Virus record (IMG/VR): IMGVR_UViG_3300027963_000040
Direction: 5' to 3' (one strand)
Source of the DNA: a virus
DNA length: 64,000 nucleotides
This document shows positions 43,287 to 53,282 of the stretch, piece after piece (positions within the stretch are counted from its first letter, which is position 1; each line of letters starts with the position of its first letter). The notes beneath the pieces are model-generated. The model had not been told where the DNA came from, did no database searches, and was given only the letters and a program-made list of their open reading frames with translations. The translations under genes and the position numbers were made by a program.

Positions 43287-44989
43287 TCTGCAATCCTAGA
43301 AAAAGATTTTGTCTTGACGAACTTGATAACATTCTCGAACTTGTCGTGTAGAGTGTCTCTATGTGAGATAATGAACACGTTGGAATCCCTGCTGATATTC
43401 TGTAGAATCTTGAGCAAGTCTTCAGCCGAGTTACCGTCAAGAGAACTATCGAACACTTCATCGAGAATCAAAAGATTTGTGCTCAGAGAGTTACGAAGCT
43501 TGGCTACTGCTCTCCAGGTGAACAGAATAGCCAGGTCGATCTTCTGTTTTTCGCCTTCACTGAAAGATGCGTAGCTGAACTCATCGCGATAGCGAGACTT
43601 GATGACTTCATTGAACTGCTCGTCTAGATTGAATTCAACGAACAGATCAAACTCAGACAGATACTTATTGATCAGCTTGTTGATAACTGGTATGTATTGG
43701 TTCACGATACGAGTCTTGATACCTCCATCTTTCAACAACAAAGCTGCAGCATTGAGGACACGCTTGTCCTCCTGTAGTATATTATAATGATTTGACAGAT
43801 TAGTCAAGTCTTTTTCTAGGTCAACAACCTTCAAATCAGAATTTTCTTTTGAAGTCTTCTTAGCTTCATCAAGCTCTTTTGATATTGTTCTAACTTGATC
43901 GTTAAACATCTGAATCTTCAGAGTTTCATGAGATGCCTTGGTTCTAAGATCGTCGCATTCCTTATCAATTTCAAGTATCTTGCTGAGCTCCAAGTTGGTT
44001 TCTTCATACTTGTTCGCCAACTGCGACAGACCTGACTCAACTTCTTTGATTTCGTCCTCACGTTTTCCTACGATCTCGCAGCTAAACTCAGAACTGATTT
44101 CTTGTTTGCAAGTCGGGCAGTTGTCGTGATTATTGAAAAAATCAATCTCTTTCGAAAGAGAAGCAGTTTTGATCTCCATCTGCGCTCTCAGAGTTTTCAG
44201 TTTCTCAACTTTATTCTTAACGCTACCGAGGTTAGTAAGATAATCTGATTTTGATTTGATTACATCAGCTAACTCACTTTTAATCTGTCTAGCCTCTTCA
44301 ATCTTTTTTTCAACATCAGCAAGAGCAGTTTTCTTCTCTTGAATGAATTGTTCGTTCTTGAATTGAACTTCTTTCAGGTGCTCCCTGACCATCTTGATCT
44401 TAGCTTCAACGATCTTTCGGTCGTTTTCATTATCCTGAATGAGACTGGCATTGTCTTGCACTTTCTCTTTCAATAGAGTATTCATTATAGTGAACACTTG
44501 CAAGTCGAGTAGATCTTCAATGATCGTCCGACGCTGAGAAGCAGGAAGCTGCATGAAAGGAACGAAAGAAGCAGAACCAAGAACAACAACCTGACAAAAA
44601 GACTTGTAGTTGATCTTCAGAACGTTCTTTTCTAGAACTTCCTGGTAGTCTCTCATTTCAGCCGATTGGTTGACTAGGTTATCGTTACAGTAAACCTCGA
44701 AGACAGCAGGCTTGATGCCTCTGACGATTTTGTAATGATTTGATTGAATAGAGAACTCGAGCTCTACAACCAACTCTTTACGAGTGATTGTGTTGAGTAG
44801 CTGCGGCTTGTTAATGTTTCTGAAAGTCTTACCGAACAGAGCAAAAGTAAGAGCGTCAAGGATGGTTGACTTACCTGCTCCATTCTCGCCCACAATCAGA
44901 GTTGTTCCTGGTGTAGACAAGCTTAATTCTGTGAAGATGTTTCCTGTTGAGAGGAGATTTTTCCATCTTATTGTTTTGAAGTGAATCAT
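43283..44989 (-). CDS. gp46: Recombination nuclease ATPase subunit gp46 (Rad50-like)
   Basis: GENGAGKST, CPTC hook, FSEGEK, LILDEVFD. Confidence 0.97.
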   Translation of the reverse strand: MIHFKTIRWKNLLSTGNIFTELSLSTPGTTLIVGENGAGKSTILDALTFALFGKTFRNINKPQLLNTITRKELVVELEFSIQSNHYKIVRGIKPAVFEVYCNDNLVNQSAEMRDYQEVLEKNVLKINYKSFCQVVVLGSASFVPFMQLPASQRRTIIEDLLDLQVFTIMNTLLKEKVQDNASLIQDNENDRKIVEAKIKMVREHLKEVQFKNEQFIQEKKTALADVEKKIEEARQIKSELADVIKSKSDYLTNLGSVKNKVEKLKTLRAQMEIKTASLSKEIDFFNNHDNCPTCKQEISSEFSCEIVGKREDEIKEVESGLSQLANKYEETNLELSKILEIDKECDDLRTKASHETLKIQMFNDQVRTISKELDEAKKTSKENSDLKVVDLEKDLTNLSNHYNILQEDKRVLNAAALLLKDGGIKTRIVNQYIPVINKLINKYLSEFDLFVEFNLDEQFNEVIKSRYRDEFSYASFSEGEKQKIDLAILFTWRAVAKLRNSLSTNLLILDEVFDSSLDGNSAEDLLKILQNISRDSNVFIISHRDTLHDKFENVIKFVKTKSFSRIAE

Positions 44990-46044
44990 TCTACAGTTAT
45001 CGCCTGATTATACAGATCGACGATCACTCGTTCAAGTTTATCCCTGTTCAGATTAGGAGAGTTGACTTGATCGATATGTTTCATGAAGATGTCAAGAGTG
45101 CTTTCGGCTTCATTGACAATTTCGCTGTCTTCATCTAGATTCAGGTTTAGATGATCATCGACGATCTGAAGGTTGAGAATACCTTGCTTTTCAATACTCT
45201 CGCAAAACTTGTCAAACCAAAACGGATTCGTCTTGCTGGTGACGATCAGCTTTACGTAGGTTCCTTTGTGCTGAGTGAATTCGTAGTCGAGTAACTCTTC
45301 CATTGTTTTTGAAGAGTCATCATACCAGACCTTACTGAACATTATATATGGATTCTCAATAAAAGTCAAGTCTTTATTTTGAAGATCCAGTATGTGAAAC
45401 CCGCGAGAATCGCCATAGTCAGACCAAGTAAACTGACCGTGAGAACCAACATAACTAATGCTACCATCAGTGGACCGATGATGAAAATGACCAGAAAGTA
45501 CGCAATCAAACTTGTCAAAAAGTCTACGATCTTCGCCATGTGAACAGATACTCCCTTTGAACATTTGGAAACCTTGTAACTCAAGATGTCCCATACAGAT
45601 TGTTGATCTTGAATTTTCAATCATCTCCATCGTGTGTTCTTTGTTATCAGAACAGATCCAGGGGACGAACAAAATAGGTGTCTCGTGAATCACAACTTCG
45701 GTCGCGTTCTGGTAGATATGAACAGACTCATCACACAGTTCTTGCACCGAGTTGACTGCGTTCGTGTTCTTGTAATACGTGTCGTGATTACCCAAGATTT
45801 GATGCAGTTTAAAACCCATATGCTCTATCGGCTCGAGGAAGTCTTTACGGAGACGATTTGCAGTCTGAATATTGATGTACTTACGGCGATCAACTAGATC
45901 ACCAAGATGCACTATAGTCTCGATACCTTGTTTATGAATCTCAGGAAAGAACACATTATCAAGGAATTTCTTGAACATGTCCATAAATGCAACGTTATCA
46001 TTTCTGATGCCGGCATGCGAATCGCTTAATATAGCTATCTTCAT
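44986..46044 (-). CDS. gp47: Recombination nuclease subunit gp47 (Mre11-like)
   Basis: SDSH, LGDLVDRR, GNHD, SGHFH. Confidence 0.96.
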   Translation of the reverse strand: MKIAILSDSHAGIRNDNVAFMDMFKKFLDNVFFPEIHKQGIETIVHLGDLVDRRKYINIQTANRLRKDFLEPIEHMGFKLHQILGNHDTYYKNTNAVNSVQELCDESVHIYQNATEVVIHETPILFVPWICSDNKEHTMEMIENSRSTICMGHLELQGFQMFKGSICSHGEDRRLFDKFDCVLSGHFHHRSTDGSISYVGSHGQFTWSDYGDSRGFHILDLQNKDLTFIENPYIMFSKVWYDDSSKTMEELLDYEFTQHKGTYVKLIVTSKTNPFWFDKFCESIEKQGILNLQIVDDHLNLNLDEDSEIVNEAESTLDIFMKHIDQVNSPNLNRDKLERVIVDLYNQAITVE

Positions 46045-46281
46045 TCAGCGACGCTTAAGATAACGGTTGCTGAAAGTAGAATGCTCCCTTTCGTTTGTTG
46101 TTTCTCTCTCGACCACTTCCATACGGTTGTTCAATACTTCTTCACAAAACTTTTTGATATTGTCTAAATGCATACGCGAGTTCTGTCTGACGTTAGTATT
46201 AGGATGAGACAGAGCGTTCATTGCAAAATCAATAATGTTTTGCGGCAGTATGTTGTACTTTGGATTGTTTTCATTGCTCAT
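46045..46281 (-). CDS. Hypothetical protein
   Basis: Between gp55 and gp47; coupled. Confidence 0.6.
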   Translation of the reverse strand: MSNENNPKYNILPQNIIDFAMNALSHPNTNVRQNSRMHLDNIKKFCEEVLNNRMEVVERETTNEREHSTFSNRYLKRR

Positions 46282-46810
46282 TAGAATTCCCTTCTACAAA
46301 CTTTTCTACTCCCTGTATAATACTACTCTTTTTGGTTTTTGTCAACTTTTTTTCAAAGCTGTCGATGATTCCATTCGTAATATCGTTGTAATGGGGATTG
46401 TTACCTGTTACAGTGTTGAAAGTTTCAGTATCAAGCTCTGAAATCATCATGCTATTGATCATGTTTTTATGCTTGATGTATTGCTGTTTCTTTTCTTTTG
46501 AGATTCTTCTAATGAAAGCATTCCAGGCGATCTGGGTGAAATAAGCGAACGGGTTGCTTGATTTTTCCGGGTTGAATCCGTTTACGGAAGCAATACAATT
46601 TTCTACACCATCTGCAATCATTTCATCTCTAAAAGAGTAACCAATGAAATTGGGTTTGGTTGACAGTTTGTTACAAATTGCTAAAATGCATTGACCGACA
46701 TAATCTGGAATTTTGGTATTAGGGTTCTCGATGAACTTGTTTTTATAAGCGACTAGAGCTTCATAAAAATCTTTGTTGTTCACGTAGTGGCGCTTGGGTT
46801 TTGCTGACAT
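46271..46810 (-). CDS. gp55: Late sigma factor gp55
   Basis: HYVNNK, PNFIGYSFRDEMIADG, NPFAYFTQI..NAF.RRI.KEK; start MSAKP after GGAG. Confidence 0.96.
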   Translation of the reverse strand: MSAKPKRHYVNNKDFYEALVAYKNKFIENPNTKIPDYVGQCILAICNKLSTKPNFIGYSFRDEMIADGVENCIASVNGFNPEKSSNPFAYFTQIAWNAFIRRISKEKKQQYIKHKNMINSMMISELDTETFNTVTGNNPHYNDITNGIIDSFEKKLTKTKKSSIIQGVEKFVEGNSNEQ

Positions 46811-46866
46811 AATGCTTGACTTCTCCATAAATGTAGGTATAATCACTAATGTGTGAATGATAATAA

Positions 46867-48315
46867 TTAGAGTAAATCTACAGTGTAGGTCTTGTAAGGA
46901 AACTTTTCCTCGCTATAGATCTTGATTCGCTCGACGAAATGAAGGATGGTATGATTCTTTTTAGACTTCCAAGTCAGGTCATCGGCAATGTCATACAGAG
47001 TAGCTTCCGATTTAGTATCAGAAGTTCTGAGACCTCTACCAATCGACTGGAGGTTCCTCACTCTGGACTTTGAAGGACTAGAAAATACAACGTTGTGCAG
47101 ATTACGAATGTTAATGCCGGTGGAGCTAGTTCCGTAGCTAGCAACAACAATAGCATTTTCTTCTGTTTCAATGATTCTCCGAATTTCTTCACGTTTCTCT
47201 CCATCAATAGCACCAGAAATGAAAAAGACCTTACGATCAACAGCTTCTTTTGATATAAGATCATATAGAGTTTTGCCGTGTTTTTCGACAAACTGAAACA
47301 GTAACAGAGTGTTACCATTCAAGGAAAGAGCAAGATTCTTGATGAATCTGTTGCGAGCTTCGTTTCTTACAATAAAGTCTATCTCGGTTTGATAGTCAGT
47401 TCCAGTCATAAGTTTTCTTACGTCTTCTGGATATTTGAGAACGATAGCCTTGATGCTGAAATCAGCTAGATGTTTTTGTTCAATCAGATCGGCAGTTGTT
47501 GTAATTTTACGAACTGCGCCAAACAAACCTTCGAGTACGAGCTTGTGGGTTTGAGTGCCGTCCAGAGTTCCGGTGAAACCGAATCTGTATTTACAACCAG
47601 TCATTTTGCTCATGATGGTTGAAAGAGACTTGGCTTTGAACAGATGCGCCTCGTCACCAATAACAACATCGAACTGATCGAACCACTTCTTCGGCTGTTT
47701 GTAGATTGACTGCCAGGTTGAAATGACGAAACGTTTGTTTGATTCTTTTTCTTCGCCAGACATTATCTTATGAGTCATTCCCTTCGGTAGACCATAATCT
47801 TCAAAGTCCGAAGCCATCTGATGAACCAGAGACGTTGTTGGAACGATTACCAGAGTTTTTGTTTGATACCAACAAGCAAGAAGGTAAATGATAAATGACT
47901 TACCAGAACCAGTCGGAGACAGTAGAACGCCTCTACGTTTTCTTACTGCATGCACGAACGCATCAATCTGATAGTCTCTAGGCTGATGTTTCGGTTGTAG
48001 TTTCTCTATGAATTGTTTTGCTTCAATGAGAGAGAATTCTGTATCAGAGAACGGACCTTCGTATTCTATCTCGTAATTTCTGCTCTTGCAGAACTGCTCT
48101 AGATGATGATTCAATCCTGCGTAAAGTAACGAAACAAGTGGATTGAAGAGTCTAATCTTTCCGTCCCAGACTTTGTTTCTGAAAGATGGCATAAACTTAG
48201 CGCCAGGTACTTCAAACGTGAAATGGTCCGCTAACTCCATGGCTAACCCGGAGTCGCAGACTATCTTGTTGTATACTTCATCGTAACGTGTCACTCTTAT
48301 AATATCAGTCATCAA
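46867..48315 (-). CDS. uvsW: SF2 helicase UvsW
   Basis: WDGKIRLF, SPTGSGKS, DEAH, GFTGT, QSIGRGLR. Confidence 0.96.
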   Translation of the reverse strand: MMTDIIRVTRYDEVYNKIVCDSGLAMELADHFTFEVPGAKFMPSFRNKVWDGKIRLFNPLVSLLYAGLNHHLEQFCKSRNYEIEYEGPFSDTEFSLIEAKQFIEKLQPKHQPRDYQIDAFVHAVRKRRGVLLSPTGSGKSFIIYLLACWYQTKTLVIVPTTSLVHQMASDFEDYGLPKGMTHKIMSGEEKESNKRFVISTWQSIYKQPKKWFDQFDVVIGDEAHLFKAKSLSTIMSKMTGCKYRFGFTGTLDGTQTHKLVLEGLFGAVRKITTTADLIEQKHLADFSIKAIVLKYPEDVRKLMTGTDYQTEIDFIVRNEARNRFIKNLALSLNGNTLLLFQFVEKHGKTLYDLISKEAVDRKVFFISGAIDGEKREEIRRIIETEENAIVVASYGTSSTGINIRNLHNVVFSSPSKSRVRNLQSIGRGLRTSDTKSEATLYDIADDLTWKSKKNHTILHFVERIKIYSEEKFPYKTYTVDLL

Positions 48316-48749
48316 CCACCCATTGTAAACTTCGTAAACTCAATAGCGTTCTTGATTATATAGCCTCTGGTTTGAAACGACTTGATGATGGACTCTAGGA
48401 ATTCAATCTTCTCTTGCTGCATACCAATCTTCAGCGAAAGATCGATTATGTCCTGGTCGCCTTCCATGTATAGAGGAATATCAGCCTTCAGGATCAATCC
48501 TCGCGCTGGCATGCGCCAGCCTTTTTCTTTCGTCTCTTCGGTTGGACCCTGAGTGTAAAACTCATGCTTCTCGAGCTTCAACTTCTTCATATCAGACTCG
48601 AGTTTTCTGAGGATCACTTTCTCGCCAACGTAGATAGTATAGTATTTGTGATGGAGCTTGGGAATCTTTAGGCTCTCATCAGCAAGTTCTGTTCTATCAA
48701 TAACGCTGTCTTTTTCCCAAGAAGCAAAAACGTCTTCAAACTTCATCAT
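48312..48749 (-). CDS. uvsY: Recombination mediator UvsY
   Basis: W.KDS.ID...L..ES..IPKLH.KY; RGY.IKNAIEF. Confidence 0.92.
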   Translation of the reverse strand: MMKFEDVFASWEKDSVIDRTELADESLKIPKLHHKYYTIYVGEKVILRKLESDMKKLKLEKHEFYTQGPTEETKEKGWRMPARGLILKADIPLYMEGDQDIIDLSLKIGMQQEKIEFLESIIKSFQTRGYIIKNAIEFTKFTMGG

Positions 48750-48798
48750 TACACCTTGCTATATCAAAGCTTTATATTACTATAGAAGGTGACAAAAG

Positions 48799-49323
48799 TC
48801 AAGCAATAACTTTAGAAATTTCGTATTTTGTGTACTTGAAAGATGCCGAAGCTTCTACGTAAGCAACGTCTTCATTCGTTGTATTCATTTCAAACCCTGA
48901 TAATCCGGTCGGGAAACAATCTTCAAAAACAATTTCGTAGTTGGGTCTTTTGGCGCTTGACAGAATAGTCAAAGAAATTTCAGACGTTGTAGATTCACCG
49001 GTGATTTTTGATTTTGCAACTAAATTCGCATACGCACTGTAAGATTGTTGACCGACTGCTCTTATCCAGTTATCGATCTCGAGATAGTTTTGCATATCTT
49101 CATCAACTCTGAAAGTTATAGAAAGATCCCCGAACTCCAAGTGATCACCAAACTGAGGAATGCGAATCAGAGGAGTTGGAATGTTAAATGCCGGCAATGT
49201 AAGCTCTGGCAGTGTAACTTTCTGTACGAAAAAATTGATAGTTGGCGCTCTCTTCATAATGAACTTGAAATTGAGAGGACTCAAGAAATTCTTGTTTGTA
49301 GGTGTGTTATCAACTGCTGACAT
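48799..49323 (-). CDS. gp3: Tail tube terminator gp3
   Basis: NFLSP..FKF, FF.Q...LP, F.VDEDM.NY, DCFPT.LS; position before uvsY. Confidence 0.85.
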   Translation of the reverse strand: MSAVDNTPTNKNFLSPLNFKFIMKRAPTINFFVQKVTLPELTLPAFNIPTPLIRIPQFGDHLEFGDLSITFRVDEDMQNYLEIDNWIRAVGQQSYSAYANLVAKSKITGESTTSEISLTILSSAKRPNYEIVFEDCFPTGLSGFEMNTTNEDVAYVEASASFKYTKYEISKVIA

Positions 49324-49332
49324 ATGGTTTGC

Positions 49333-49650
49333 CTATTCTGAATGTTTCAATAGTTTCCATTCGTTATCACCTACTTTTCGGTGAATCTCGTGGTTTAGAA
49401 TCTTACCTTGTTTTGTTATAGCTACAGTCATAGTATGTTTTTGAGCAGCGTTTGCCATCACAACATTTCTTACTGCAGATTTAGGATCGTCGCGTTTGTG
49501 AGGTCTCGCGTAGATTTTGTGCTCGTGACTGTCAACATATGTTTTGTAATCGGGATGACTCGCAATAGATTTCATCTGACGTTTGTTAAAAATTTCACCA
49601 GGTGAAGAATAAGATTCGTTGATAAACTGTTTGAATGAAAGCATTGTCAA
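49333..49650 (-). CDS. Putative internal head protein with capsid-targeting sequence
   Basis: MLSFKQFINE; late promoter 49663-49670. Confidence 0.65.
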   Translation of the reverse strand: MTMLSFKQFINESYSSPGEIFNKRQMKSIASHPDYKTYVDSHEHKIYARPHKRDDPKSAVRNVVMANAAQKHTMTVAITKQGKILNHEIHRKVGDNEWKLLKHSE

Positions 49651-49671
49651 TTCCCTTTCAAATATTTATAT

Positions 49672-49700
49672 AAAAAAAGGGGAGCCGAAGCTCCCCTTTC
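49672..49700 (-). terminator. CUUCGG-loop terminator of the gp23 transcript
   Basis: AAAGGGGAGC-TTCG-GCTCCCCTTTTTTT. Confidence 0.85.
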
Positions 49701-49731
49701 TAGTCTGCGGCTTGAAACCGTCTTCTGGGTC

Positions 49732-50370
49732 TCAGATTTCAACTGACTGAGATTCTTTTGTATTTAGTTGTTTGTTTTTTCTAAACTCTTCCCAGCGTTT
49801 TTTTGCCGCTGCAGATACTGATTGTTTTCTCTTAGAATCCGCAGACCATTGGTCTTTCATGCGTTCGGAATTGGCTATTTTCCATTCTTCAGTATGCGGT
49901 TTCTTTTTGATACCTCTTAGAGCAGCTTTATGCTCTTCAGTCATACCACCTCGTTCTGCAAACTTTTTTTTCTTTGCCTCCGAAATAGCTTTAGCCTTTT
50001 CAGGTGAACAAGGACCGGTTGATTTGCCTTTCTTTGCTGCGGAAATCTTTTGACCAATCGTTTTTATGTGGTCGTCGTACTTGTGCCAAACTTCGTTGTT
50101 TTTAATGTTCAGGTTGTAATAACGAGTTTTGATTTCTTCCGGTTTGATCATATCAAGATAACGCTGTTCTTCTTCGTACAACTCTTTTCTTGATTGTATG
50201 TTTGTTTTTATTATTCTTCTTTTAAAATCTTCTGGGCGACGTTTGAAAGCTTTTCTCATCCATCTAGAGCTACAAATGTAGCTATCATTTTCACGCCCCC
50301 ACCTACAACCAACGTAGTAACGTTCGTGTTTGCGGTCAAACCAAATGTAAATAAATCCGTGCTTTACCAT
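49732..50370 (-). CDS. Seg-like GIY-YIG homing endonuclease with NUMOD3-like repeats
   Basis: GFIYIW...YYVG...Y..SS...RRI...E.R.L...YYNL; KISAAKKGK repeats. Confidence 0.9.
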   Translation of the reverse strand: MVKHGFIYIWFDRKHERYYVGCRWGRENDSYICSSRWMRKAFKRRPEDFKRRIIKTNIQSRKELYEEEQRYLDMIKPEEIKTRYYNLNIKNNEVWHKYDDHIKTIGQKISAAKKGKSTGPCSPEKAKAISEAKKKKFAERGGMTEEHKAALRGIKKKPHTEEWKIANSERMKDQWSADSKRKQSVSAAAKKRWEEFRKNKQLNTKESQSVEI

Positions 50371-50480
50371 AAAAAAATACCTCCAAGATTTCTCCTGGAG
50401 GTATTTAGCGCCTTTGAGGTTAGGTTATACACTATCAGCCACGCTATTACAGAATGGCTGATAATATAAAACGGGTCCAC

Positions 50481-51878
50481 TCACATAAGATTCGTGACGA
50501 TAACGCGACGATAGTAGAGGTTGCTGTTGAATGTCAGAGCGCCTGAACCAACTGTTAGACCCTGGGCGAATGGATTTGCTACCATGCCGTAACGAGTCTT
50601 GAAGCCGATCTTTGGCTGGAAGGTTGACTGGTCAACAGCGCGAACCATCTGCAGAGGAACGTATGGGCAGTAGAACAGACCAGCGTCGAAAGCAGAAGAA
50701 CCCTTATAACCGATCGTGATATAGTTGCCACCGATTGCATATGGATCGATGTAAACCTTTAGACGACCATTAAGAACACCAGCAAAAGTATTGCCTGTGT
50801 CATCAACGTTGAGGTTGTTTGAGTTGAGGGCAGGAGCGTAGTCAAGAACACCAGCCATCTGTAGAGCCGAAGCAACGTCGGACGAGCAGATAACGATGTT
50901 ACCCTTACCACGACGAGTTGTACGAGCGATAGCATTAGCTTCACGTTCCAGCTGGAACATTAGACCCTTGAACTTTTCGACTGACCAACGACCGTTTGAG
51001 TCGGTGTCAAGGTCGAAAATACCAGCAGTTGTAGTATTGTCCTGAGCGCCAGTTACAGCAGTGATATTGATCGTACGAACAACTTCACGGTTGATTTCAG
51101 CCATGATTTCAGCTGAAAGGATGTTAGCAAGTTCTGTTTCAGCATCAAGACCATGAATAGCCTTCAGATCCTGAGCCAGTTCCATTGTGTACTCAGCCTT
51201 CAGGGCACGTGACTTCGCAGTTACAGTTACCTTCTCGATTGAGAAGCCCATCTGAGCGAATGCAGTGTTACCGTCAGTTCCAAGTACTTCAGCCTGAGCT
51301 GTTGACATACCTGTGCCGGTGTTATAACCGTTAACAGCTGACATGATTGAAGTGTTTGTGTCACCTGGGATTGTACCAACAAACTTCTGACCGAACGAGT
51401 TAGCACCTGAAGTTACAGATGTGAACGACGAGTCAACTTCGTTGTAGAAAGTTTCTGAACCAAGTCTTGTGTTACCGATTGCAGATGTGTTACCAAGAGC
51501 AGCAGAGTTGCCGTACTTCGAACGCATTGCAAAGATAAGTCCTGTTGGACCTGTCATTGGCTGAGTACCAGCAATGTCATAAGCAATCAGGTTTGGCATC
51601 GCACGACGAACCAGTGAGATAAGTACTGGGTCGAATGTGTCGATTGGACCAGCGCCGGCAGTTGAGCTAGATGCTCCAATACCGTTGAATGCACCACCTG
51701 AAGTTGTTTCAGTAAGAGTTTGATATTGACCGTGAACGGCGGATTCGCGAAGAGCGCGCTCTGTGTTTTCTAGAAGAACTGCAGTTACCGAACGACGATG
51801 AGCGTCACGGATTGTTGGCAGTTCTGAGTGCTCTAGAATAGGAGCCCACTTCTTTTGGATTTCTTCCTGTAGAAACAT
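50481..51878 (-). CDS. gp23: Major capsid protein gp23
   Basis: KWAPILEH, QPMTGPTGLIFAMR, KSRALKAEYTMELAQDLKAIHGLDAE; late promoter 51909-51916. Confidence 0.99.
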   Translation of the reverse strand: MFLQEEIQKKWAPILEHSELPTIRDAHRRSVTAVLLENTERALRESAVHGQYQTLTETTSGGAFNGIGASSSTAGAGPIDTFDPVLISLVRRAMPNLIAYDIAGTQPMTGPTGLIFAMRSKYGNSAALGNTSAIGNTRLGSETFYNEVDSSFTSVTSGANSFGQKFVGTIPGDTNTSIMSAVNGYNTGTGMSTAQAEVLGTDGNTAFAQMGFSIEKVTVTAKSRALKAEYTMELAQDLKAIHGLDAETELANILSAEIMAEINREVVRTINITAVTGAQDNTTTAGIFDLDTDSNGRWSVEKFKGLMFQLEREANAIARTTRRGKGNIVICSSDVASALQMAGVLDYAPALNSNNLNVDDTGNTFAGVLNGRLKVYIDPYAIGGNYITIGYKGSSAFDAGLFYCPYVPLQMVRAVDQSTFQPKIGFKTRYGMVANPFAQGLTVGSGALTFNSNLYYRRVIVTNLM

Positions 51879-51921
51879 TTTAGTTATTCCCTTTCTTTAG
51901 GTTTTTTTTATTTATAAAAAA

Positions 51922-53250
51922 TTACTTCTTGACGGTTCTTGAGATTGCTTGTACGTACTTGTTAACCTGAGGATCAACATTTACGGTTTTCTCGCCGATT
52001 TCGCCTTCGAACGTTTCTTCCTCGATATTCGAAGACTGAGGCTTCGTTGCTGGGAAATAGTTTTCCTTTACAACCGAAAGTTTCTTCTTGTAAACATCGA
52101 GGTTGCCGTCAAAGCTGACTCCCTCGGCAAGTGAAAGAAACTTTTCGGACTGAGTTAGAGTGAGACCTTCCGCGATTTCATCGACAGTTTCCTGTCTCGC
52201 CGATTCCAGAATAGCAACTTTTAGCTCAGCATTTTCATTGATTGTCTCATCGAGAGCAGCTTCTAGTCTTTCAACCTTAGCAGCTAGTTCTTCAACAACA
52301 TTGATCTTTTCTTCTGGCATATCAATGTAATGCTCAGCAAATAGGTTCTTCAGACCACCAATGAATTCTTCCATGATTTCGTTACGTAGCGCCGATTCAA
52401 TCGCCACTTCGTTTTCCTGCATCCAGTTTTCAACAACGTAATCAAGGTATGTGTTTAGGTTATTTTCGACACCTTCAACGATAGAAGTAACTTCTTCTTC
52501 TAATCGAGTTTCGTACTCTTCCTCAAGGCGCGTAATTTCAATCACAGCACGCGCATTAACTGCAGCTTCGAATAGAGTTGAAGCTTTATCTTTAAACTCT
52601 TCTGAAAGATCTTCACCATCAAACATTTCTTCAACGTCTTCTTTAACGTCAATTTTTGGCATAGCGTCACGAGTCTTCGGACCCTTACCGGTCTTCATAT
52701 CGATACTTGATGCGTTAGAGTCAGACGAAGCTCCGGAAGGTAGTGAGCTTGCTTCCTTACCGATAAGAGCCATGGCTTGTGTATACCACTTTGTCAAATC
52801 GTCCTTACGCATAGAATGCATTGCGCCGATAACTGAAGTGATAGCTTCAATCTTCGACTTTGGATCTGAACCAACTGAACGAGAACCCGCCTTCAGAGTT
52901 TCTGAAGCGATTGATTCGTCTAGCTCGTCGATTGTTTCTTCTTTGATATTTTTAGTATGCCATTTGGTTTTAGCTACGCCGTCGATGAACGCTTTTGCGC
53001 CTTCGCCAGGACCGTTGTGTCTGTCATATGGAACCTTTTTACCATGGATAGTAGCTTCATAAGAATGACCGCCGTAATCGTTATGATGGTGAACTACGGA
53101 ACCGATTTTTTTATCGCCCTTGTGGATATCGTAATGCTTTTCAACAGCTTTTACGGGATGATCTTCGTCGTCGGTTACATCCTTGGGATGCGTTGTTTTA
53201 GTTAGTTTTAAATCATAGTTTTCTTGAAGTTCGTAATTTTCTTCAGACAT
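51922..53250 (-). CDS. gp22: Prohead core scaffold gp22 with N-terminal extension
   Basis: LSEEFKDKASTLFEAAV, YLDYVVENWM.EN..AIE; start MSEEN. Confidence 0.93.
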   Translation of the reverse strand: MSEENYELQENYDLKLTKTTHPKDVTDDEDHPVKAVEKHYDIHKGDKKIGSVVHHHNDYGGHSYEATIHGKKVPYDRHNGPGEGAKAFIDGVAKTKWHTKNIKEETIDELDESIASETLKAGSRSVGSDPKSKIEAITSVIGAMHSMRKDDLTKWYTQAMALIGKEASSLPSGASSDSNASSIDMKTGKGPKTRDAMPKIDVKEDVEEMFDGEDLSEEFKDKASTLFEAAVNARAVIEITRLEEEYETRLEEEVTSIVEGVENNLNTYLDYVVENWMQENEVAIESALRNEIMEEFIGGLKNLFAEHYIDMPEEKINVVEELAAKVERLEAALDETINENAELKVAILESARQETVDEIAEGLTLTQSEKFLSLAEGVSFDGNLDVYKKKLSVVKENYFPATKPQSSNIEEETFEGEIGEKTVNVDPQVNKYVQAISRTVKK

Positions 53251-53282
53251 TAAAGGTCTCCCTTCCAATTTGTTTAGTTTAT

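Noticed and set aside
49732-50370. Group I intron hosting the GIY-YIG gene
   Set aside because: gp23 ends intact before it, and no intron core or split exon is evident.
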